Position numbers and translations under genes: made by a program. Of a DNA stretch of 64,000 nt, positions 56,905 to 64,000 are shown piece after piece; position 1 is the first letter of the stretch, and every line of letters begins with the position of its first letter. This stretch comes from Methanobacteriota archaeon (GTDB lineage: Archaea; Thermoplasmatota; Poseidoniia; Poseidoniales; Poseidoniaceae): contig PBMQ01000037.1 of NCBI GenBank assembly GCA_002722615.1, positions 34,958 through 98,957 on the forward strand, in the 5' to 3' direction. The notes under the pieces are model-generated. The model worked only from the letters and a program-made list of their open reading frames with translations. It was not told the origin of the DNA and searched no databases.

Positions 56905-57551
56905 AGGATTCCCATCCATTTATGCGTTTGCAAAGACAATCTCCATCCGATGTGTTCTTTTACGACCTGTTCCGTTTCCTGAAACATTTTACCATTTTCA
57001 GATACTGATGCAGAATCGATATAGCATGGTTGAAGGAAATGATGGCTGAATCCTGATTTAAGTACATCATACATCTCTAAATCCTGGCCACAGTATACTA
57101 CTTTCAATTCATCACCGTTTCGTTGTCGAATGACTGAGTTAGGATAGAGCTGATCTTTCGGAGAAATACAAATCCAATCAATAAGACCTTCTGGAATCAA
57201 GAGCGTCCCGTTGCTTTCAATCGAGAGATTGTATCCTCTTTTTTTGAGCAGACGATGGAGTGGCCATAGGTCATGGAGCATCGGTTCCCCTCCTGTAAAG
57301 ATAATGCGCTTGCAATTGAATTTCATAATTTCAGCAAGGATGTCGAGTGCAGTCATCGATTCAAATGTGTTAAAATCGGTATCGCACCAACTGCATCGAA
57401 GGTTACATGTTCCGAATCGCACGAAAACATGAGGCATACCAGCATGAAAACCCTCGCCTTGGACAGAATGAAAAATCTCAACGATTGGATATTCCACGGC
57501 AAGGTCTGACGCATCATCGCCAATAATTTCGCCGGAGCGATTGCAATCCAT
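56901..57551 (-). CDS. queE: 7-carboxy-7-deazaguanine synthase (radical SAM)
   Basis: IVEIFHSVQGEGFHAGMPHVFVRFGTCNLRCSWCDT is the QueE Cx14CxxC-type cluster context. Confidence 0.85.
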   Translation of the reverse strand: MDCNRSGEIIGDDASDLAVEYPIVEIFHSVQGEGFHAGMPHVFVRFGTCNLRCSWCDTDFNTFESMTALDILAEIMKFNCKRIIFTGGEPMLHDLWPLHRLLKKRGYNLSIESNGTLLIPEGLIDWICISPKDQLYPNSVIRQRNGDELKVVYCGQDLEMYDVLKSGFSHHFLQPCYIDSASVSENGKMFQETEQVVKEHIGWRLSLQTHKWMGIL

Positions 57552-57556
57552 TTATT

Positions 57557-58123
57557 TCAACTCGAATTTTCAATTAGTTGCATAAGTTCGTTACGTGCTT
57601 CTTGCTTATCGAAAAACACGCCACGCATTGCACTAGTCGTCATGATTGCATTTTGTTTGCGAACTCCACGACATCTCATGCATCCATGTGAAGCTTGCAC
57701 AATAACAGCTGCACCTAGTGGGTTAAGGTGGTTAACCAAATCATTTGCTACATCGTTGGTGATTCGTTCTTGGTTTTGCAATCTCAATGCATGATGATCC
57801 ACAATTCGAGCAAGTTTTGAAATTCCAACAATCCGGTCGACTGGAATGTATGCAACATGGGCCCGTCCGCTAAATGGTTGCAAATGATGTTCGCATGTTG
57901 AATGGAATTCAATATTACTAAGCAACACAATTCCATCGTATCCTTCTGCATTAAATGTGGCTTGTAGTATGGTTTCTGCATCTGAATGATATCCTGCGAA
58001 GACTTCCTCCCATGAGTCGATTACTCGGCGCGGGGTGTCTGTCAAACCTTCACGTTTAGGATCCGAATCGAGGTATTTGAGTAGTGTAAATACCGCATGT
58101 TCTGCTTCTTCTCTTGTTGTCAT
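57557..58123 (-). CDS. folE: GTP cyclohydrolase I
   Basis: GLTDTPRRV, FHSTCEHHLQPFSGRAHVAYIP, GISKLARIV and IVQASHGCMRCRGV match FolE type 1. Confidence 0.9.
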   Translation of the reverse strand: MTTREEAEHAVFTLLKYLDSDPKREGLTDTPRRVIDSWEEVFAGYHSDAETILQATFNAEGYDGIVLLSNIEFHSTCEHHLQPFSGRAHVAYIPVDRIVGISKLARIVDHHALRLQNQERITNDVANDLVNHLNPLGAAVIVQASHGCMRCRGVRKQNAIMTTSAMRGVFFDKQEARNELMQLIENSS

Positions 58124-58297
58124 TCATTCACCACCCAATCTACCTTGACGCATGTCAATGCTATCCAATTGGTCGAGCAATTTACGGCAAGCAGAACGAA
58201 TGGCATCCGCTACGCTAATGAATTTTTTATCGTCGCCAACGTGGAATTTGAGATCCGTGAGAAGTTCCTTTGGCATATCTAAACTGATTTTGGGCAT
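58124..58297 (-). CDS. Ribbon-helix-helix (CopG-like) small DNA-binding protein
   Basis: MPKISLDMPKELLTDLKFHVGDDKKFISVADAIRSACRKLLDQL has a beta-strand plus two helices in an RHH pattern. Start taken at the internal Met to avoid overlap with the permease gene. Confidence 0.5.
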   Translation of the reverse strand: MPKISLDMPKELLTDLKFHVGDDKKFISVADAIRSACRKLLDQLDSIDMRQGRLGGE

Positions 58298-58331
58298 ACT
58301 CTGGCCATACCCAGGTATTATTTTAAGAATA

Positions 58332-59546
58332 CTATGATTTTGTGGTAATGATGTCCTCGCGACGGAACTGTTTGGCTGCATAGCGAATGGTCAGGAGACA
58401 GACGAGAGATGAGACCAAAATCCAAACAACAACGTGCTCTATGATGATTCTATTAAGTAGCAATTCCCGCAAACCAAGCAATACGTTGACAAATGGTATG
58501 CCAAACCAAAACATTTCTACATCGTCAAGATTTATGAATTGAGTCAGTAAAATTGGGAGAATCATTGCAAGTGTAATCGGAGTTAGTACAGATCCTGCCT
58601 CTTTGACAGATTTCGAACGCATTGCTAGAGCCAAATAGAGTGCAACAATCATCGTTCCATAGAAACCAACTGCAAGTGCAAGTAAGAATATTGAGCCAAA
58701 ACTCAAGGATGGGACGTCAATGAAATCGCTTGCGAGATAAGCAATTCCAAACAGTAAACCACTGATTTGTAACGTCACTCCAACCGCTGTAATTGATACA
58801 ACAGCGAGCCATTTTCCAAGCAACAACTCTGTTCGAGAAAGGGGTAGACTTAGCAGAGATTCTAACGTCCCACGTTCCCTTTCGCCTACAGTCATATCAA
58901 TTGCTGGCTGAACTGCAGCGCTTGCAGTCCATATGGCCAAAACAAATGGAATGAATAACGACAATAACATTCCTGCTTGTTCTCCTTTTGTTGCAACATC
59001 CGCACCAGAAATAGATCCATCCCACTGTAGTGGATTCAGAGTGGATTCAACATCCAACCCTGCTGATTCTATTCGTTCTATTGTCAGGTTCTCCTCCCAT
59101 TCGAAAAGGACATCCAATATACGGTTCCTGGCTTCATTTGACTGTTCAGAGGTTGATAGATGGAGAATTGCATAATACCAAGTTTCATTGCGTTCTTCAA
59201 TACGGAGAATAGCGTCGTATTCTAAGCTTCGTAACAGTTCCGTATTGTTCCCAGGGTCTGCAAGTGTTGTGAGATTCGATGGCATCGCCACTTGTGTAAT
59301 GATAGCAGATTGGTTTTCAATTTCTTGAATCAACAATAAATCGATATCGTTCGATTGAATCAAAACTTGGATTGATTTTTCTTCAAGTTCGGCGGCTTCA
59401 TTTTGCATAACTACCGGGAAGGCAATAAATAACAACGGAAATAACAAGAGTGGAATGAGTACGAGTGCAACGATAGTTCTCCAGTCTCGGATGAATTCGA
59501 TGATTTCTTTCTTTGCGACGATGACAATTCTCTTTCGACTATTCAT
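58332..59546 (-). CDS. ABC-2 family transporter permease
   Basis: The N-terminus IVAKKEIIEFIRDWRTIVALVLIPLLLFPLLF is followed by a ~190-aa extracytoplasmic loop and 5 C-terminal TM helices, which is the ABC-2/NatB-like topology. Confidence 0.7.
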   Translation of the reverse strand: MNSRKRIVIVAKKEIIEFIRDWRTIVALVLIPLLLFPLLFIAFPVVMQNEAAELEEKSIQVLIQSNDIDLLLIQEIENQSAIITQVAMPSNLTTLADPGNNTELLRSLEYDAILRIEERNETWYYAILHLSTSEQSNEARNRILDVLFEWEENLTIERIESAGLDVESTLNPLQWDGSISGADVATKGEQAGMLLSLFIPFVLAIWTASAAVQPAIDMTVGERERGTLESLLSLPLSRTELLLGKWLAVVSITAVGVTLQISGLLFGIAYLASDFIDVPSLSFGSIFLLALAVGFYGTMIVALYLALAMRSKSVKEAGSVLTPITLAMILPILLTQFINLDDVEMFWFGIPFVNVLLGLRELLLNRIIIEHVVVWILVSSLVCLLTIRYAAKQFRREDIITTKS

Positions 59547-60375
59547 CTTCGCTCACCTCCATTTTCATTGATGGAGTAAACAGTCGTCGCCATAACGTTG
59601 CCATTCGAGAAGGAGTTTCAGTCTCTTCTGTTCTTGGTCTTGCTGTTTCCTTCGTGAAGGCAACATATGCTTCTTCCAACGTATTAGAGTTCGTCAGATT
59701 GAGAAGTTCTTCAGGAGTACCATCGGCTTGAACAATTCCATTATGTATGATGATGATCCGATCACATACTTGTTGTGCTTCTGCTAAATGGTGTGTCGAA
59801 TAAATAACTGTCCCACCTTCATCCTTCAGTTTACGAACTAAACGTCGTACCGTACGTGCCGATGTAACATCGAGACCTCCAGTTGGTTCGTCTAGGAGTA
59901 AAATCTGTGGTCCATGTGCAAGAGCTCTAAGCAATGCCGTTTTCTGTTTCATACCTCTAGAAAATCCTTCAGTGTATCGATGCAAGGATTGTTCGATATC
60001 AAGCAGTTTGGCGAATCGATACGTTCGATCCCATGCTACTTGATCATCGATTCCATGCAGTCGACTGTGATATCGAATATTTTCCCATGCTGTTAATTTA
60101 GAATACAATCCTGTTGATTCAGGGACAACACCCAGAACGTTTCTCATTTCTGTCACAGGACGTTCATTATTCAATTGAACAGAACCTTCTGTTGGCCTAT
60201 ATACGCCGGACATGAGTCGGAGAAGTGTTGTCTTTCCTGCACCATTACCCCCGACTAAACCAATCACTGAATTACGATGGATTTCGAAATTCACATGATT
60301 TATGGCTTGTACATCACCAAATGATTTTTTCACATTGATCAAACGCAGTAATGGATCCATTTGAGGCACACTCAA
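59539..60375 (-). CDS. ABC transporter ATP-binding protein
   Basis: Walker A GLVGGNGAGKTT. The signature/Walker B region FSRGMKQK...ILLLDEPTGGLD. The H-loop STHHLAEA. Confidence 0.9.
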   Translation of the reverse strand: MSVPQMDPLLRLINVKKSFGDVQAINHVNFEIHRNSVIGLVGGNGAGKTTLLRLMSGVYRPTEGSVQLNNERPVTEMRNVLGVVPESTGLYSKLTAWENIRYHSRLHGIDDQVAWDRTYRFAKLLDIEQSLHRYTEGFSRGMKQKTALLRALAHGPQILLLDEPTGGLDVTSARTVRRLVRKLKDEGGTVIYSTHHLAEAQQVCDRIIIIHNGIVQADGTPEELLNLTNSNTLEEAYVAFTKETARPRTEETETPSRMATLWRRLFTPSMKMEVSEDE

Positions 60376-60677
60376 GATGCTCGACCACTTTCTACAGCGA
60401 AATCCAAACCAGGATGCTTTTCTTCTAATCGTTTAGCACGATCGAGTGTGTTGCGCAATTCCTGATGGATTTCCTTCTGTGAGACGCCCATTTCGATGAG
60501 TGTTCCAATTAATTCAAAGGCGCCTTGGACAGCACCAGCATCAAGAAATGCTTCATTGGTAATGGTACCGTTATGCCGAAGGGTTTCCAATTGTTGAGCA
60601 AGAAACTCTGATTCTTGGCGAATCTTTGGTCCTGCAATGTGCGGTAAGGCCATCAGGTGGTCAATACAACTCCTCAT
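60372..60677 (-). CDS. Hypothetical small protein, first gene of the ABC operon
   Basis: A 101-aa helical protein. ATGA overlap with the ATPase gene. No family recognised. Confidence 0.4.
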   Translation of the reverse strand: MRSCIDHLMALPHIAGPKIRQESEFLAQQLETLRHNGTITNEAFLDAGAVQGAFELIGTLIEMGVSQKEIHQELRNTLDRAKRLEEKHPGLDFAVESGRAS

Positions 60678-60727
60678 CGTTCCTTAGAAGCAAAAGACGA
60701 TTATGAGCATTCTGTCAGTTTCATCTC

Positions 60728-61135
60728 TTATCGCTGTTTCAATTCGATGAGGATGCCGCCAGTACTTTTGGGATGGACGAATGCAATAATGGAATTGTGT
60801 GCCCCTTTTCTTGGAACTGAATCAATCATTTGCACTTCATTGTTGACAAGGTGTGCAATCATTTCTTCAATATCATCAACAGCTAGGCAAAGTTGTTGAA
60901 TCCCCGGCCCTCTCTTGTCAAGGAATTTTCCGATTGGAGTTAATGGGCCTGTAGGTTCCAAAATTTCGATGTTGGTTTTGGAATGTTTAATTTCACTCAA
61001 TGGAAAGAATCTCGTTGTCACGCCTTGATCATCAACTCGATCATCTTCACCATCAGCAATGAGGCCGATAAGTTTCCAGAAACGACTTCCTTCGTCTAAT
61101 GTATTCGCAGCTATTCCAATGTGATCGATTGTTAT
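60728..61135 (-). CDS. mce: Methylmalonyl-CoA epimerase (VOC / glyoxalase-fold)
   Basis: The track ORF (GTG start at 61021) covers only the C-terminal half. The same frame stays open upstream to ~61135 and encodes the canonical N-terminus IEIKQRITIDHIGIAANTLDEGSRFWKLIGL (compare M.KIDHIGIAV.DL). The start is non-ATG/GTG (possibly ATT/ATC) or there is a sequence error. Confidence 0.7.
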   Translation of the reverse strand: MTIDHIGIAANTLDEGSRFWKLIGLIADGEDDRVDDQGVTTRFFPLSEIKHSKTNIEILEPTGPLTPIGKFLDKRGPGIQQLCLAVDDIEEMIAHLVNNEVQMIDSVPRKGAHNSIIAFVHPKSTGGILIELKQR

Positions 61136-61158
61136 TCGTTGCTTAATTTCGATACCCC

Positions 61159-62733
61159 CTAAAAGCCGCTAGGTGCAGAATATGTGCCGAATACATCCTT
61201 CATTGCCTGCATAATTTCACCCAATGTTGCATCCGCTCGTACTGCCTCAAGGACGATTGGAAATAGATTATTTCCATTTTGAGATGCCTCGGTTACTTGT
61301 TTCAAAATTAATGTAACGGAGTCCATATTCCGTTCAGAACGTAAGGCTTTCAGTCGATTATGTTGATGTTTTGTTACCTCTGGGTTGAGTTTCATCGGTT
61401 GAATTTGAATACGTTCTTCCATAGTTCCATGATTGATTCCAACGATACGTCGCTCACCTCGTTCAATCTCGTTAAAATATCTGTACGCAGTTGTGTGAAT
61501 TTCCTGTTGCTGATATCCTTGCTCGATTGCTTTTAGAGCACCACCCATGGCTTCGATTTTCTCTATCTCCTTTTTAGATTGGGAATAGATTTCGTCAGTC
61601 AACGATTCAATGTGGTATGATCCAGCGAATGGGTCAACAACATCAGCAACTCCCGATTCCTCAGCAATAATCTGTTGAGTTCGTAAAGCAATTGTTGCAC
61701 TCTCTTCGGTTGGTAAACCAAGTGCTTCGTCGTAACTGTTCGTGTGCAAACTCTGTGTCCCACCACAAACTGCAGCGAGGGCTTGAATCGTCACTCGACT
61801 TATGTTGTTGAGTGGTTGTTGGGCTGTTAATGAAACACCTGCAACTTGAGTGTGAAATCTCAATTTCGTCGAACGAGGGTTGGTTGGTGAATATCGTTCA
61901 ATCATCAAATCATGCCACAGTCGACGTGCGGCCCGAAATTTAGAAACTTCCTCAAGGAAATCATTATGGCAATTGAAAAAGAAAGATAGGCGTGGAGCAA
62001 ATGTATCCACCTCTAACCCTTTTTGACATGCGGAATCAACGTATGCCAAAGCATTGGATATTGTAAACGCTAATTCCTGAACCGCTGTTGATCCGGCTTC
62101 GCGAATATGGTAACCTGAAATCGAAATTGTATTCCATCTTGGAATTTGTTCTGCACAGTATTCAAAGATGTCAGTAATTAACCTCATTGAATGAACCGGT
62201 GGAAATACGTACGTTCCTCGAGCAATGTACTCTTTGAGTATATCATTTTGGATTGTCCCTGAAATTTGACTACTTGAGACACCTTGTTCTTCTGCTACAA
62301 CACAATACATTGCGAGTAGTATCATTGCTGGAGAATTGATTGTCATCGATGTAGATACCTTGTCAAGTGGAATATCCTCAAACAAATCCCTCATATCCTG
62401 TAAACATGATATTGACACTCCTACCTTTCCCACTTCTCCTTCGCTTAATGGATCATCTGCGTCCAATCCAAGTTGAGTTGGTAAATCGAAAGCGACCGAC
62501 AATCCTTTCTGACCACGGCCAAGAAGTAATCGAAAACGTTCATTTGTTTCTTTGGCTGATGAAAACCCAGCATATTGACGCATTGTCCATAATCGCGAAC
62601 GATACATTTGCTCATGTATCCCTCTTGTGAAAGGTGGTTGTCCAGGTAATTCTGGTTGATCGGCCGGTGCATGGTATGCGGGAATTGGGAGCCCTCCCAA
62701 CGTCTCCCATCTTGATTTCCTTAATTCGACCAT
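61159..62733 (-). CDS. mcmA: Methylmalonyl-CoA mutase, catalytic (N-terminal) large subunit, split archaeal form
   Basis: FTRGIHEQMYRSRLWTMRQYAGF, TISISGYHIREAG and HTNSYDEALGLPTE match the MCM substrate-binding TIM-barrel domain. There is no B12-binding domain in this ORF. Confidence 0.9.
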   Translation of the reverse strand: MVELRKSRWETLGGLPIPAYHAPADQPELPGQPPFTRGIHEQMYRSRLWTMRQYAGFSSAKETNERFRLLLGRGQKGLSVAFDLPTQLGLDADDPLSEGEVGKVGVSISCLQDMRDLFEDIPLDKVSTSMTINSPAMILLAMYCVVAEEQGVSSSQISGTIQNDILKEYIARGTYVFPPVHSMRLITDIFEYCAEQIPRWNTISISGYHIREAGSTAVQELAFTISNALAYVDSACQKGLEVDTFAPRLSFFFNCHNDFLEEVSKFRAARRLWHDLMIERYSPTNPRSTKLRFHTQVAGVSLTAQQPLNNISRVTIQALAAVCGGTQSLHTNSYDEALGLPTEESATIALRTQQIIAEESGVADVVDPFAGSYHIESLTDEIYSQSKKEIEKIEAMGGALKAIEQGYQQQEIHTTAYRYFNEIERGERRIVGINHGTMEERIQIQPMKLNPEVTKHQHNRLKALRSERNMDSVTLILKQVTEASQNGNNLFPIVLEAVRADATLGEIMQAMKDVFGTYSAPSGF

Positions 62734-62774
62734 GCTGCTTCCATGCAGAGACGATTCATCAAGCCTCGCATTGC

Positions 62775-63248
62775 TCAGTGGTTTACGCCACCAGGACCAT
62801 GTGCATGACCGTGTTCAAGTTCTTCATCTGTAGCAGGTCTTACATCGACAACTTCGACACTAAACTGGAGTGTCTGTCCCGCCAATTTGTGGTTGAAATC
62901 AACGGTGACAACATCATCTTCCACAGATACAACATTGAATGGTCCGACATCGGACATTAATGTCATCCCTGGTTCTGGAGCAATGTCTCCAAACATACCT
63001 GCCGGGATTTGTTGTACGGCTTCGGGAATTCGTTCTCCGTAAGCTCTTTCAGGTTCGAGTGTGAAAGTTCTACGTTCACCCTTAGCAGCACCAATTAATT
63101 CTTGCTCAAAGCCTGGAATCATTTGTTGGTGGCCAACAAGGAATACTAGAGGATCTCGTCCTTCACTACTATCGAATACTTCGCCACTTTCAGGTAGAGT
63201 CCCTGTGTAATGGACAGATGCTACGGAATTTTCTTCTACTATGCTCAT
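62775..63248 (-). CDS. FKBP-type peptidyl-prolyl cis-trans isomerase (SlyD-like, with a His-rich tail)
   Basis: VASVHYTGTLPESGEVFDSS...PLVFLVGHQQMIPGFEQELIGAAKGERRTF. The C-terminal HGHAHGPGGVNH is His-rich. Confidence 0.85.
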   Translation of the reverse strand: MSIVEENSVASVHYTGTLPESGEVFDSSEGRDPLVFLVGHQQMIPGFEQELIGAAKGERRTFTLEPERAYGERIPEAVQQIPAGMFGDIAPEPGMTLMSDVGPFNVVSVEDDVVTVDFNHKLAGQTLQFSVEVVDVRPATDEELEHGHAHGPGGVNH

Positions 63249-63252
63249 ATGA

Positions 63253-63951
63253 TTATCTCCTGGTTGTTAGTGCTCTGACGAGGTCTCTTAATCGTTGGGC
63301 TACATTGTCGTTAATGATGAGTTGTTCTTCTTTCTCTGTGATGAACTCATAGGTGGCTTCGACTCCGATACGTTCCCCTTTCGCCCAAATTTGACCAAGT
63401 AAATTTGACCGGTGTTCATCAGCTACGCTGTCATCGTCAAGGATGTCTCTTGCAGCATATTTGTAGTCGTTGTATCGCTGACGGTTGAGTTTCTTAACCT
63501 TCGGTTGTCGTCCTCCACCTGAGTCATCATGACGTGACCGACGCCTTCGATGCTCACGCTTCTTCGGTGTTTCTGTAACAATTTGTTTGAAAACATTCTT
63601 TGGTGATACATTGTCCACAGGATCGACGGTATTGGAGATTGGCAGTGCATCTGCATCTATCGCTGAAGAGGTTTCATCTCTGACGGATATTTCGGGTTGT
63701 ACTTCTACCTGAGCGGGTTGAACAGTAACTGGAGACGTAGGTTCCAAAATTGATTCGGTCTTCTTCACGGATTCTTGGGATTGCTTTCGCAGTTCTGCCA
63801 ACCGATCAGCCCGAGAGACTTGTTGTGTCGTTTGAGGATTTGTTGGTGTATTGAGCGTACTGGACTCAATAGCTGGTTTTTGTACAGATTGAGAAGATGC
63901 AGTTGGCTGTGCACCCAATCGCTTTCGTGCCTCTTCTTGTTTCTTCTTCAA
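63253..63951 (-). CDS. Hypothetical protein (low-complexity Q/T/S-rich N-terminus, basic middle, conserved-looking C-terminus)
   Basis: 232 aa, and it may extend beyond the listed start. I could not assign a family. Confidence 0.4.
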   Translation of the reverse strand: MKKKQEEARKRLGAQPTASSQSVQKPAIESSTLNTPTNPQTTQQVSRADRLAELRKQSQESVKKTESILEPTSPVTVQPAQVEVQPEISVRDETSSAIDADALPISNTVDPVDNVSPKNVFKQIVTETPKKREHRRRRSRHDDSGGGRQPKVKKLNRQRYNDYKYAARDILDDDSVADEHRSNLLGQIWAKGERIGVEATYEFITEKEEQLIINDNVAQRLRDLVRALTTRR

Positions 63952-64000
63952 TTCATCTGAATCAGAACCCGTTCGAGTTTGCGACCGGTTTTGGGTAGCG

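Noticed and set aside
1-64000. tRNA genes, CRISPR arrays, integrases/transposases, prophage or toxin-antitoxin modules
   Set aside because: I scanned for T-loop consensus (GGTTCGAATCC / GGTTCAAATCC and reverse complements), direct repeat arrays, and recombinase motifs and found none. The only strong RNA-like signal is the SRP RNA.

Overview
This is a 64 kb gene-dense chromosomal segment (about 90% coding, roughly 44-46% GC by eye) that I read as archaeal, most likely a marine planktonic euryarchaeon of the Marine Group II / Poseidoniales kind. The archaeal assignment rests on archaea-only ribosomal proteins (S19e, L39e, L31e, S17e), archease and an archaeal tRNA-splicing endonuclease, a geranylgeranyl reductase, and an apparent 7S/SRP RNA. 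The MGII-like guess rests on several huge, acidic secreted proteins full of thrombospondin-type-3 (TSP3) Asp-rich Ca-binding repeats, PKD and CARDB surface domains, and secreted hydrolases. Housekeeping content includes a valS fragment, glyA, pyrD (class 2), mdh, pntAB, topA, pepP, an MCE plus methylmalonyl-CoA mutase pair, a preQ0/archaeosine operon (folE-queE-queC-queD), an IscA-YgfZ pair and an RND/MMPL exporter. I found no CRISPR array, no tRNA and no obvious mobile element. The most interesting non-housekeeping signals are: (i) a ~1000-aa secreted TSP3-repeat protein whose C-terminal half matches both domains of peptide-N-glycosidase F; (ii) a module of an FMN reductase, an FGE-sulfatase-family enzyme and a PqqD-like peptide-binding protein, abutting a 1172-aa CARDB surface protein; (iii) an orphan archaeal-type CcmE (CxxxY) heme chaperone next to the SRP RNA, plus a nearby secreted CxCH protein; (iv) a tRNA-splicing neighbourhood (archease, a PfkB kinase, a winged-helix regulator with TerB-like repeats, EndA); and (v) an RHH / ABC-2 transporter operon fused upstream of the archaeosine genes. 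All calls are from reading the translations and sequence; no searches were run.
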